Positions 1-8,779 of a DNA stretch of 64,000 bases are shown piece after piece. The notes beneath the pieces were generated by a model. It was not told the DNA's origin and made no database searches. It was given only the letters and a program-made list of their open reading frames with translations. Made by a program: the position numbers and the translations under genes. Each line of letters opens with the position of its first letter. The stretch's first letter is position 1. Origin of the DNA: an uncultured Gemmatimonadales bacterium (GTDB lineage: Bacteria; Gemmatimonadota; Gemmatimonadetes; Gemmatimonadales; Gemmatimonadaceae); NCBI GenBank assembly GCA_963701965.1, contig OY969695.1, positions 1,056,001 to 1,120,000 on the forward strand. Reading direction: 5' to 3'.

Positions 1-2090
1 TCCTCCTTCTCACGAAGCACGTGGGCGTGCACGAGGCGCTCGGCTTCTTCCATCAATGCTTGCTTGTAAACGAAGTAGCGGCTGACCATTCCGTACTTCG
101 GATACTCCCGATACCCTGCGAACGTCCGCACCCGGTCGATCATCCGCTTCGTCTCCGCGGCTTTCTCCTCGCCGTCCGGCAACGCCCGCACGCACGCCAG
201 TACGTCGTGTTCCTTCTTCGACGCCTCCTGCAATCCTTGCTCGAACCGACGCTTGGCCTCGCCCGGCGCGAAGTTCTTGACATTGCCGAGGAGCATGGGC
301 AGGAGCGTCGTTGGACGTTCGCTCCAGCGCGGTCTGGTGATGTCGATCTCGCCGGCGCCGCGCATGCCGTACGTGTCGAGCCAGACCCGGATGGCGTCGC
401 GGGCTTCCCGCCCGCCCGCGACGTTGGGCAGCTCGTTGAGAAAACCCTCATCTTTGACATGCTGCAGAAAGGCGATCACGTCGGGATGCGGGCGGACCAC
501 GTCCGCGACGTCCATGAGCGCCAGGCCCATTTCGGACGTGACGTTGTTGGGGACGGATTGCGTGAGCGTGTCGGCCGCGTTCTTCTCGCCAAGCCACGCC
601 TGCAGCTTGTCGCTGAGCCACCACATGGCCTCCATCCCCGCCATGATCACCTGCATGCTTCGCGGATCGAATTCGATCCGTTTCAGCTCGTGCGCCAGGA
701 TGAAGTCGAGGAGGGCCGATCCGGACTTTTTTCTGATGTCGTGCTTCAGCGTTGCGATGGAAGCCTGGCTGCGCGCGATCAGGTCGTTGACGATGGCCGG
801 ATCGGTCTCGATCGCGGTGTGTCCCCCACCGGGCGGTGCCCATGCCGGTGCGGCGTCCGGGAGCGAGCGGATGAAGTCGCCGCGCTCGAGGATGGTCTCG
901 AGCGCATCCCTGATCAGCGGATCGGATTTCCCCAGGACATCGAGGAGGCCTGCGCGGCTCGCTGGCGAAGCCAGGCCCTGGGTGACGTCGACGAACAGCC
1001 TTCCGCCCGCCTCACTCATTGGGCGCGGCGTCGTCAGCTGCCACACCGAGAGACCCAGCGGCGTCATTGGGTCGGTCATCATTTGCTGATGGCCGACCGA
1101 GACGTACACATGGTTCTTGTCGTCGCCCGCCGCCGGGATAGGAAACAGCGTGGTGATCGGCCGGCTCTGGACGATCTGGAAGTCATCGTCGACCAGGCAC
1201 CACTCGATGTCCTGCGAGCGACCGAAGTGGGCTTCGATGCGCCGGCCTAGCTGCGCGAGCTGCACGACCTGCGCATCCGTGAGTGCGGACTGCGCGCGCC
1301 GCGCCGGCTCGATCGCGCGCTTCTGCGTCCCGCCGGCCGGCGAGGCGTAGATGGCCAGCGCCTTGTCGGCGATCGCCTTCGCGACGACCGCGTCATCCCG
1401 CACGTGGTAGACGTCGGCGTTCACCAGGCCCGAGACGAGGGCCTCGCCGAGGCCGAAGCTGGCCTCTATGACGGTGACTTTCCGGTTGCCCGTGACGGGG
1501 TCGGCCGTGAAGAGAATACCGGCGGCCTGCGGGAAGACCATTCGCTCTATCACGACGGCCATCTGAACCTTGCGGTGGTCCACGCCGTTCCGCAGGCGGT
1601 ACGTCACGGCCCGCTCGGTGAAGAGCGAGGCCCAGCACCGGCTGACGTGCTGCAGGATGGCCGGCGGCCCGACGACGTTCAGGTAGGAGTCCTGCTGGCC
1701 GGCAAAGGACGCCGTCGGCAAGTCCTCCGCGGTCGCGCTGGATCGGACGGCGTAGGCGGATTGCTCGCCGAGCTGGGCGAGCGGGCGGGTAATCGCCGCG
1801 GCCAGATCCTCGGGGATGGCGACCCGTTCGAGGATCTCGCGGATCTCCGCGCTGCGCGCGCGGATTGCCCCCCGGTCGCCGGCGTTCAGGCGCGACAGCT
1901 GATCGAGCCGCCCGTCGATGGACGGCGCTGCCGCCAATATCCGTTGGAAGGCGTCCGTCGTGACGCAAAAACCAGCGGGCACGGGGACGCCGGCGATGCG
2001 CGAAAGCTCCCCCAGGTGCGCGCCTTTGCCGCCAACTACGGCCACCTGCGTCTGGTCGATCTCGTGGAAGGACAACACATAACGGCTCAT
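1..2090 (-). CDS. rph: Rifamycin-inactivating phosphotransferase (PEP synthase-like); 3' end outside window
   Basis: Manual translation from ATG 2090: MSRYVLSFHEIDQTQVAVVGGKGAHLGELSRI, VRSSATAEDLPTASFAGQQDSYLN (ATP-grasp), QSRPITTLFPIP, HVYVSVGHQQMMTD, MRCAGEIDITRPRW, YREYPKY. Absent from ORF track because it runs off the edge. Confidence 0.92.
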   Translation of the reverse strand, partial: MSRYVLSFHEIDQTQVAVVGGKGAHLGELSRIAGVPVPAGFCVTTDAFQRILAAAPSIDGRLDQLSRLNAGDRGAIRARSAEIREILERVAIPEDLAAAITRPLAQLGEQSAYAVRSSATAEDLPTASFAGQQDSYLNVVGPPAILQHVSRCWASLFTERAVTYRLRNGVDHRKVQMAVVIERMVFPQAAGILFTADPVTGNRKVTVIEASFGLGEALVSGLVNADVYHVRDDAVVAKAIADKALAIYASPAGGTQKRAIEPARRAQSALTDAQVVQLAQLGRRIEAHFGRSQDIEWCLVDDDFQIVQSRPITTLFPIPAAGDDKNHVYVSVGHQQMMTDPMTPLGLSVWQLTTPRPMSEAGGRLFVDVTQGLASPASRAGLLDVLGKSDPLIRDALETILERGDFIRSLPDAAPAWAPPGGGHTAIETDPAIVNDLIARSQASIATLKHDIRKKSGSALLDFILAHELKRIEFDPRSMQVIMAGMEAMWWLSDKLQAWLGEKNAADTLTQSVPNNVTSEMGLALMDVADVVRPHPDVIAFLQHVKDEGFLNELPNVAGGREARDAIRVWLDTYGMRGAGEIDITRPRWSERPTTLLPMLLGNVKNFAPGEAKRRFEQGLQEASKKEHDVLACVRALPDGEEKAAETKRMIDRVRTFAGYREYPKYGMVSRYFVYKQALMEEAERLVHAHVLREKE

Positions 2091-2123
2091 CGGCGCTCTC
2101 CGCGTGGGTCTTTTGACCCGGCG

Positions 2124-2176
2124 ATTCTACGGCACGCCCCACGCCTTGCCGCAAGTCCCCAGGGCTGTTATATGTT
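2124..2176. promoter_or_regulatory. RAE-like (rifamycin-associated element) palindrome with two divergent promoter-like arrangements
   Basis: CTTGC-C-GCAAG at 2145-2155. Minus strand reads GGGACTTGCGGCAAGGCGT (2159-2141). Minus TTGCGG-N19-TAGAAT (2129-2124); plus TTGCCG-N19-TATGTT (2171-2176). Confidence 0.8.
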
Positions 2177-2180
2177 GGGA

Positions 2181-2212
2181 GTGGCGAGGGGAAACTCTCG
2201 CCATTTCCATTT
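2181..2212 (+). terminator. Hairpin with GAAA tetraloop and pyrimidine tail
   Basis: TGGCGAGGG-GAAA-CTCTCGCCA (9 bp, one G-U) followed by TTTCCATTT. Confidence 0.5.
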
Positions 2213-2245
2213 GACCATTATTCGATAATTAGCTAACTATCGGCC

Positions 2246-2551
2246 ATGGGAAACGTGTTCAAGGCGCTCTCCGACCCCACTCGGCGCCACGTCCTGCGGC
2301 TCCTCAAGGCGCGCCCCATGACCGCCGGCGAGCTGGCCGACCATTTCGACGTTTCCAAGCCGACGATGTCGGCGCATTTCGCTGTACTGATCGGCGCCGA
2401 TTTGATTCAGGCGGAAAAGCACGGCCGCTCGATCACGTATCGTCTCAAGATGTCCGTGCTGGAGGAGGCGCTCCTCGGCTTTTCGGCGGCGTTTGGCCTC
2501 CAGCTCGCCCCCACCGACCACGCCGCGCCACCCGAGGTCAAACCGCTATGA
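2246..2551 (+). CDS. ArsR/SdpR-family autorepressor
   Basis: VFKALSDPTRRHVLRLLK...TAGELADHFDVSKPTMSAHFAVL...GRSITYRL winged HTH. Confidence 0.9.
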   Translation: MGNVFKALSDPTRRHVLRLLKARPMTAGELADHFDVSKPTMSAHFAVLIGADLIQAEKHGRSITYRLKMSVLEEALLGFSAAFGLQLAPTDHAAPPEVKPL

Positions 2552-2958
2552 CGACGCATCCTTCCCCGGTCTCACGCCACGGGATCACCCAGGGCCTCAC
2601 GATCGCAAGCCTCCTCATCGCCGCTTCGTTCGCATTGAAGTTCGCGTCGCCGGCGTACCTCAGTCCCGAGCTCGGGCGCCGGTTATTCGGCATCCTGATG
2701 GGCTTGATCCTCGTGTTCTTCGCGAACGCGGTGCCCAAGGTGCTGACGCCACTCATGTCGACGCGCTGCGATCCGGCGACCGAGCAAGCCATCCGCCGCT
2801 TCACGGGTTGGACGTTCATGATCGGCGGCGTGGCGTACATCGCGGCGTGGGCATTCGCCCCGTCAGCGAACGTCGACCTCCTCGCCGGTGGCCTGCTCAC
2901 CGCGACCCTGCTCGTTGTCGTCGCGCGCTGTGTGTGGGGGCTGCGCGCGCGGAGGTAA
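2548..2958 (+). CDS. 4-TM membrane protein (SdpI-like partner)
   Basis: ATGA overlap with ArsR gene; four hydrophobic segments; ANAVPK motif. Confidence 0.7.
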   Translation: MTTHPSPVSRHGITQGLTIASLLIAASFALKFASPAYLSPELGRRLFGILMGLILVFFANAVPKVLTPLMSTRCDPATEQAIRRFTGWTFMIGGVAYIAAWAFAPSANVDLLAGGLLTATLLVVVARCVWGLRARR

Positions 2959-3083
2959 GTGACGTGGACTGACCCTGCCATACGAGGGCCAGCGACTGCC
3001 GTACTGGCACAAGCGGGCGATCTCCACTCGACGGCGCTCGTACGTCCGTAGCGCGCACCGGTAGATAGTCGTCTTCCCTCGGC

Positions 3084-5306
3084 ATGAGAGGGACCTACGC
3101 AGCGCCGCTCGTCGCGCTCTCGATACTGATCGCGATCAGCGCCTCGTACACCGCGCTGACGCTCGCAGCCCGCGTCGCCGCGGCGCGCGGCCGGGCCCGG
3201 CTGGCGTGGTTGCTCGGCGGCAGCATCGCCATGGGCAGCGGCATCTGGAGCATGCATTTCGTCGCCATGCTCGCGTTCCACCTGCCGGTCGCGATCGCCT
3301 ACGACGTGCCGCTGGTCGCGTTCTCCTGGCTCGCCCCGGTCGCGGGCTCCGTGCTCGCGCTGTTCGTCGCCAGCCGCACACGGGTCAGCCACACGCGACT
3401 CTGCGCCGCCGGGCTCACTATCGGCATCGCGATCGTCGCGATGCACTACACCGGCATGGCGGCCGTCCGCGTCCCCGCGCACTTGAGCTACGACCCGCTC
3501 TTAGTCGCGGCTTCGGTGCTCATCGCGATCACCGCCGCCACGGTGGCGTTGTACTTGTTCCTGTGGCTGCGCACGGCCACTGCACTCCGCCCCGCGGCGG
3601 CCGTCGTCATGGGCCTGGCGATCGCCGGCATGCACTATACGGCAATGGCGGCGGCACATTTCTCAGCGCCCAGCGCGGCCATGGAGCTCCACGACCGCTA
3701 TCTGCTCGGCGCCACGGGGCTGCTCTTGCCTGTCGTGGCCACGACCGTGGTCATTTTCGCGCTGACACTGACGGGCGCCAAGCTCACGGCGAACGAAGCG
3801 CTGCGCGAGAGCGAGGAACGCTACCGGACAGTCGTCAGCGAGATCGATGAAGTGATCTTCCGGACGGACGCGGCCGGGCGCTGGACGTTCCTCAATCCCG
3901 CCTGGACGCACATCACCGGCTTTGCGCCCGAGGCGAGCTTGGGCGCCCTGATGCTCGAGTCCCTGCATCCCGACGACCGCGGCGCGGGTGTCGCCGAGGG
4001 CCGCCGCGAGGTCCGGTGCCTCACGAAGGACAATGGGTCGCGGTGGGTCGAAATCCACGCGCAAGTGACGCGCGGGCCGAGCGATGAGCTGATCGGTATG
4101 GCCGGGGTGATTCGCGACGTCAGCGAGCGGCGGCGGGCCGAGGAAGCGTTGCGGGCGGCGCGCGAGGCGGCGGAGGCCGCGAGCCGCGCCAAGAGCGAGT
4201 TTCTCTCGCGGATGAGCCACGAGTTGCGGACGCCGCTCAACGCCATTCTCGGATTCGGCCAGCTCATGGAGCTCGAAGCGACCAGCGCGGGGCAGCGCGA
4301 AAGCGCGGACCACATTCTCAAGGCCGGTCGCCATCTGCTCGCACTGATCAACGAGGTGCTCGATATCACGGGCATCGAGTCCGGCGTCCTGCGTCTCTCG
4401 GCCGAGCCCGTCGCCATCGCCGACGTCGTGCGCGAAACGCTCGATCTCATCGGTCCGCTCGCCGCGACGCGCCAGATCGCGTTGAGCGCGGACACGCCGA
4501 ATATCGCGGGCCTGCATGTGCATGCCGATCGTCAGCGGCTCAAGCAAGTGCTGCTCAACCTGATGGCCAACGCCGTCAAGTACAACCGGGATGGCGGCAG
4601 AGTGCACATCACGAGCGAGCCCGCGCCCCATGGCCGGCTGCGAGTCGTCATCTCCGACACGGGCCCCGGTATCCCTCCGGACAAGATCGGACGGCTCTTT
4701 ACGGCGTTCGACCGGCTCGGTGCGGAGGGCACGGGGGTCGAGGGCACGGGGCTCGGACTCGCACTGTGTAAGCGGTTGAGCGAAGCCATGGGCGGCACGA
4801 TCGGCGTGACGAGCGCGGTCGGAATCGGCAGCAAGTTCTGGGTCGAGCTGCCGCTGGCCGAGAATCCAGCCGCTGCGTTGGATGATGCCGCGCTCGCCGC
4901 GATGACACCGGCGAACGGGGCAACCGATGGCCAGCGGCGCCCGCGCACGATTCTCTATGTCGAGGACAACCTGTCAAACCTCTCGCTCATTCAACGGGTC
5001 CTCGCCCACCGGCGGGATGTCCAGTTGATCCCCTCCATGCAGGGCGGCCTGGCCCTGGAGCTCGCGCGCCTGCACCGACCGGACCTCGTGCTGCTCGATC
5101 TGCACCTGCCGGATATCCCGGGAGAAGAGGTCCTCAAGCAGCTCCGCCAAGCGCCCGACTGCCGCCAGATCCCGGTCGTCGTCCTGAGCGCTGACGCGAC
5201 GCCCGGCCAGATCGACCGGCTCATGGGCGCCGGCGTGCACGCGTACGTGACCAAGCCACTGGAGATCAAACCGTTCATGGCGATCGTCAACGAGGTGCTC
5301 GCATGA
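3084..5306 (+). CDS. Hybrid sensor kinase MHYT-PAS-HisKA-HATPase-REC
   Basis: MHFVAM, MHYTGM, MHYTAM repeats; PAS; SHELRTPLN H-box; NAVKY; GTGLGL; REC (YVEDN, LLDLHLP, TKP). Confidence 0.93.
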   Translation: MRGTYAAPLVALSILIAISASYTALTLAARVAAARGRARLAWLLGGSIAMGSGIWSMHFVAMLAFHLPVAIAYDVPLVAFSWLAPVAGSVLALFVASRTRVSHTRLCAAGLTIGIAIVAMHYTGMAAVRVPAHLSYDPLLVAASVLIAITAATVALYLFLWLRTATALRPAAAVVMGLAIAGMHYTAMAAAHFSAPSAAMELHDRYLLGATGLLLPVVATTVVIFALTLTGAKLTANEALRESEERYRTVVSEIDEVIFRTDAAGRWTFLNPAWTHITGFAPEASLGALMLESLHPDDRGAGVAEGRREVRCLTKDNGSRWVEIHAQVTRGPSDELIGMAGVIRDVSERRRAEEALRAAREAAEAASRAKSEFLSRMSHELRTPLNAILGFGQLMELEATSAGQRESADHILKAGRHLLALINEVLDITGIESGVLRLSAEPVAIADVVRETLDLIGPLAATRQIALSADTPNIAGLHVHADRQRLKQVLLNLMANAVKYNRDGGRVHITSEPAPHGRLRVVISDTGPGIPPDKIGRLFTAFDRLGAEGTGVEGTGLGLALCKRLSEAMGGTIGVTSAVGIGSKFWVELPLAENPAAALDDAALAAMTPANGATDGQRRPRTILYVEDNLSNLSLIQRVLAHRRDVQLIPSMQGGLALELARLHRPDLVLLDLHLPDIPGEEVLKQLRQAPDCRQIPVVVLSADATPGQIDRLMGAGVHAYVTKPLEIKPFMAIVNEVLA

Positions 5307-7054
5307 CCGACGAATCGCTCATCACGGCCGCGCGCATCCTCATCGTCGACGACGAGCAGTCGAACGTGCGATTGCTCGAGCGGTTGCTGTTGACGGGAGG
5401 CTTCACGGATGTCCGCGGGACGACGGATCCCCGCCAGGCGTTGCCGCTCTTCGATGAGCTGCGCCCGGATCTCGTGCTCGTGGACCTGCACATGCCGCAC
5501 GTGGACGGATTCGCCCTCATGGCGGCGCTCAGCGAGCGGCTCGGACCGAACGAGTATGTCCCGTTCCTGGTGCTCACCGCCGATACGACCCGCGAGACGA
5601 AGGAGCGGGCCCTCTCGAACGGCGCCAAGGACTTCCTGACGAAACCCCTGGAGCGGATGGAGGTGCTCCTCCGGACGCGGAACTTGCTCGAGACGCGGTT
5701 CCTCCATGTGGCGCTCAAGAACGAGAATCGGGAGCTCGAGGCCAAGCTCGTGCATCAGGCGTTCCACGATTCGCTGACCGGTCTCGCCAACCGCGCCCTG
5801 TTTCGGGATCGCGTCGATCACGCGCTGGCGCGTGCCTCGCGCGGCGAGCAGGTCGCCGTGATGTTCCTGGATCTCGACAACTTCAAGTCGGTCAACGACA
5901 CGTTGGGTCACGTCGAAGGCGACCGACTGCTGCACGTGGTCGCGACGCGCTTGCTCCAGGCCTCGCGCGGTTGCGACACCGTCGCACGGATCGGCGGTGA
6001 CGAATTCGCCATCCTGCTCGAAGACGTGCACCATCTCGACGACGTCCTGGTGGTCGTCGCGCGCATCATGGAGTCGATGCGGCATCCGGTGGCGTTGCAT
6101 GGGCGTGAGGTGACGATGAGCACGAGCATCGGGGTCGCGCATGCCCGAAGCGCAGAGCACGTCGACGAGCTCATGCGCAATGCCGACGTCGCCATGTATC
6201 GCGCGAAGGAGGACGGCAAGGGGCGTCACGCCGTGTTCGAGCCGGGCATGTATGCGGCGTTGCTCGAGCGCCTGGAGCTGGAGGCCGATCTCCGGCACGC
6301 CGTCGATCGCGGCGAGCTGCGTGTCGTGTATCAGCCGATCGTGCAGCTCGAGACCGGAGTGGTGACGGGCGTCGAAGCGCTCGCCCGATGGCATCATCCC
6401 AAGCGGGGGATGGATTCCTCAGCCTCGTTCATCCCGATGGCCGAGGAGACGGGGCTCATCGTCCCCATCGGACGCTGGGTGTTGCGCGAGGCGTGCCGGC
6501 AGGGCCGGCGCTGGCAGCTCGCCGTTGAGAGCGCCCGCGTGCCAACCGTGGCCGTCAATGTCTCCGCTCGCCAGTTGCAGGAAGCGAGCTTCACGGCCGA
6601 TGTCGCGGCGATTCTCGCCGAGACGAAATTTCCGGCGGACCGGCTGATCCTCGAGATCACCGAGAGCGCGCTCATGTCGCACACCGGTTCCGTGCTGGAC
6701 CGGCTCAACGAGCTCAAAGCGCTGGGGCTCCGACTGGCGATCGACGACTTCGGGACTGGCTACTCCAATCTCAGCTACTTGCAGCAATTCCCGGTCGACA
6801 TCCTCAAGATCGACAAGTCGTTCGTCACGCAGCTGGCCACAAAGGATGGCCAAACCGCGCTCGCCAGCACGATCGTCGGCCTCGCGACCACCCTCAAGCT
6901 CAACACCGTGGCGGAAGGCGTCGAGCACGCCGACCAGCGCGCCCAACTCCTCGCACTCGGCTGCCGCTACGGCCAGGGCTACTTGTTCGCGAAGCCGATC
7001 GACGCGGACGCCATCGCCGCGCTGCTGCACGCTGACGCTCGCGCCTTGGCATAG
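5303..7054 (+). CDS. REC-GGDEF-EAL diguanylate cyclase/phosphodiesterase
   Basis: IVDDE/VDLHMP receiver; RGCD I-site then GGDEF; EAL; DDFGTGYS; coupled to kinase stop. Confidence 0.95.
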   Translation: MTDESLITAARILIVDDEQSNVRLLERLLLTGGFTDVRGTTDPRQALPLFDELRPDLVLVDLHMPHVDGFALMAALSERLGPNEYVPFLVLTADTTRETKERALSNGAKDFLTKPLERMEVLLRTRNLLETRFLHVALKNENRELEAKLVHQAFHDSLTGLANRALFRDRVDHALARASRGEQVAVMFLDLDNFKSVNDTLGHVEGDRLLHVVATRLLQASRGCDTVARIGGDEFAILLEDVHHLDDVLVVVARIMESMRHPVALHGREVTMSTSIGVAHARSAEHVDELMRNADVAMYRAKEDGKGRHAVFEPGMYAALLERLELEADLRHAVDRGELRVVYQPIVQLETGVVTGVEALARWHHPKRGMDSSASFIPMAEETGLIVPIGRWVLREACRQGRRWQLAVESARVPTVAVNVSARQLQEASFTADVAAILAETKFPADRLILEITESALMSHTGSVLDRLNELKALGLRLAIDDFGTGYSNLSYLQQFPVDILKIDKSFVTQLATKDGQTALASTIVGLATTLKLNTVAEGVEHADQRAQLLALGCRYGQGYLFAKPIDADAIAALLHADARALA

Positions 7055-7062
7055 GGCGAACG

Positions 7063-7144
7063 TTGAGGAACCTCAAGCGAGTCAGTCGGTTACCGTGTTC
7101 CATTCCCGAATAGCTCAGTGGTGGAGCAGCGCACTGTCAACGCG
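7063..7144 (+). pseudogene. Degenerate copy of tRNA-Asn promoter and 5' half
   Basis: TTGAGGAA...TTACCGTGTTCCATTCCCGAATAGCTCAGTGGTGGAGCAGCGCACTGTCAACGCG aligns to 7794-7878; no T-arm or 3' acceptor strand. Confidence 0.8.
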
Positions 7145-7228
7145 TCAAGAACTTCCTGGTTACAGATTGCTTCCTCGCTGCGTCACTTGACTATCTCACC
7201 ATGACGTAACTGCAAACTCCGGAAACCT

Positions 7229-7657
7229 ATGCGTATCCTGGCAGGAGTCACGTTCGCGCTGATCGGTCTCATCTCGCAGGGTTGTTCCAGCAGCGATAGC
7301 CCTACCGCCGCGCAATGTCCGGCGGGACAGCACGCGCTCTCGTCGGGTTGCGCCTATGACGCGGTACAGATCGCGATAGGACCGGACGATGCGTCCGCTG
7401 GTTGTCCCACGTTTTCGCCGGGCACGGCGTCAGCCCACACAAACCAGCTGATCGAGTGGACGAACAACACATCGGCGACACTGACCGTGTACCAGTTCGA
7501 GGGATTTAACAACGGCGTTGCCCCTGTTCCCCTGACGACCGTTGGTCCCGGTCAGACATCGGGAGGAATCTTCTATTCCAGTGCCGGAAGTATCTCGGTA
7601 TTTGCGGGGGGCTGCGGAAACGTTGCCGAGGGCACTGTTGTCATCACAGTGAACTAA
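7229..7657 (+). CDS. Putative lipoprotein, possible cupredoxin-like fold without Cu ligands
   Basis: Signal peptide with lipobox LISQGC; FSP...IEWTNN...GPGQT...GTVVIT pattern; followed by terminator. Confidence 0.65.
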   Translation: MRILAGVTFALIGLISQGCSSSDSPTAAQCPAGQHALSSGCAYDAVQIAIGPDDASAGCPTFSPGTASAHTNQLIEWTNNTSATLTVYQFEGFNNGVAPVPLTTVGPGQTSGGIFYSSAGSISVFAGGCGNVAEGTVVITVN

Positions 7658-7719
7658 GGAAGCGAGCCTCGGACACGGACGAACCGCAGGCCGAGAGCGC
7701 GAGCGATGGAACTATAGAG

Positions 7720-7757
7720 AACGGCTGGCTTCGCACGGGGGAAGCCAGCCGTTTTGT
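7720..7757 (+). terminator. Intrinsic terminator
   Basis: AACGGCTGGCTTC / GAAGCCAGCCGTT 13-bp stem then TTGT. Confidence 0.75.
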
Positions 7758-7793
7758 ATGCGACACACCGTGCCGAGATGGATAGGTCAAAGC

Positions 7794-7822
7794 TTGAGGA
7801 AGTCCATGCGAGTCGGTAAGTT
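7794..7822 (+). promoter_or_regulatory. Sigma70-type promoter of tRNA-Asn
   Basis: TTGAGG-N17-TAAGTT ending 12 nt before the tRNA. Confidence 0.6.
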
Positions 7823-7834
7823 ACCGTGCTCCAT

Positions 7835-7907
7835 TCCCGAGTAGCTCAGTTGGTAGAGCAGCGGACTGTTAATCCGCGGGTCACAGGTTCGAGTCCTGTC
7901 TCGGGAG
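7835..7907 (+). tRNA. tRNA-Asn(GTT), CCA not encoded
   Basis: Acceptor TCCCGAG/CTCGGGA, D-arm GCTC/GAGC, anticodon stem GCGGA/TCCGC with CT-GTT-AA loop, T-arm ACAGG-TTCGAGT-CCTGT. Confidence 0.98.
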
Positions 7908-7941
7908 CTGTTGAGGGCGCACAATTTACGTGTTGATGTTC

Positions 7942-7974
7942 AAGGGGTTAGCCTGCGACGGCTGACCCCTTTGT
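7942..7974 (+). terminator. Hairpin downstream of tRNA
   Basis: AAGGGGTTAGCC / GGCTGACCCCTT stem then TGT. Confidence 0.55.
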
Positions 7975-8218
7975 CGTAGGTCCTAGGCGGTCGGGCAACG
8001 CAGATGGAGGCGAACGGGGGGCGGCTGCATCGCGGGGTTTGACCGGAGCGCGTACGGCACGCCGCAGGCGCCGATGGCTAACAAACGTCCGCCACACGTA
8101 TCAGGCCGGCCCCGAAGCGACAGTGGGTACCGGAACGCAGCATCTGGCGCGGGACGGCCGCCAAGTCGAGCTCGGCGCGCGGCACACAGGAACGCGAGTG
8201 TCGACAACCTGTTGCATC

Positions 8219-8261
8219 TTGCCCCGGCCGACACGCGGACCTAGTATAGTGAGTACTCACT
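8219..8261 (+). promoter_or_regulatory. Promoter with perfect 14-bp palindrome (probable TetR operator)
   Basis: TTGCCC-N17-TAGTAT directly followed by AGTGAGTACTCACT (8248-8261). Confidence 0.6.
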
Positions 8262-8319
8262 TCACCCCGCCTGTCCATGATAGGCCCCATTTCCCGGCCC
8301 GCCCTGCGTCGGAGGAACG

Positions 8320-8712
8320 ATGAGAAACATGAGAGTCTGGCTACCGGTTGCGGCTTTGGCGAATTATGCCGTCACAGTCTGGCACACCTACTTGGCCGAA
8401 AAGGTCAATCCCGCGTTGCCGGTCGCCGAAACCGTGCGGATCGCGGTTCTCGCCGGTGCGCTCACGCTCGCGGGCGTCGTGCTCTTATGGACACGTCGAC
8501 CCAAAATCGGATCGCTTGTCCTCATCGCCACGTTCGCTGTGGGACTTGTCATCGGGAGTACCGAGCACTTTTTTGTCGCGGGCCCGAACAACGTGTTCGA
8601 CGTCGCCAACGGCGACTGGGCCTTCCCGTTCAAGGTCAGCGTTTGGATTCTTCTTGTGCTTGAGGTTGCGGGTCTGTCAGCCGCCGCGCGCATGCTTGCC
8701 GTGCGCGCCTGA
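8320..8712 (+). CDS. Hypothetical 4-TM membrane protein
   Basis: GGAGG RBS; four hydrophobic helices; EHFFVAGPNNV loop. Confidence 0.7.
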   Translation: MRNMRVWLPVAALANYAVTVWHTYLAEKVNPALPVAETVRIAVLAGALTLAGVVLLWTRRPKIGSLVLIATFAVGLVIGSTEHFFVAGPNNVFDVANGDWAFPFKVSVWILLVLEVAGLSAAARMLAVRA

Positions 8713-8779
8713 GCTGAGTCGCACTGAACCACGAACCGGCCTGCGCAACGTCTCGTCGTGGCGGAGCTGGCGGGAACCC

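Noticed and set aside
21..2228. Plus-strand ORFs 21-1250 and 1404-2228
   Set aside because: In-register antisense shadows of rph.
7104..7144. A second functional tRNA (GTC-like loop)
   Set aside because: No T-arm or acceptor 3' strand; anticodon stem broken.
7975..8215. ncRNA or integrase remnant after tRNA-Asn
   Set aside because: No recognisable RNA family or recombinase motif by eye.
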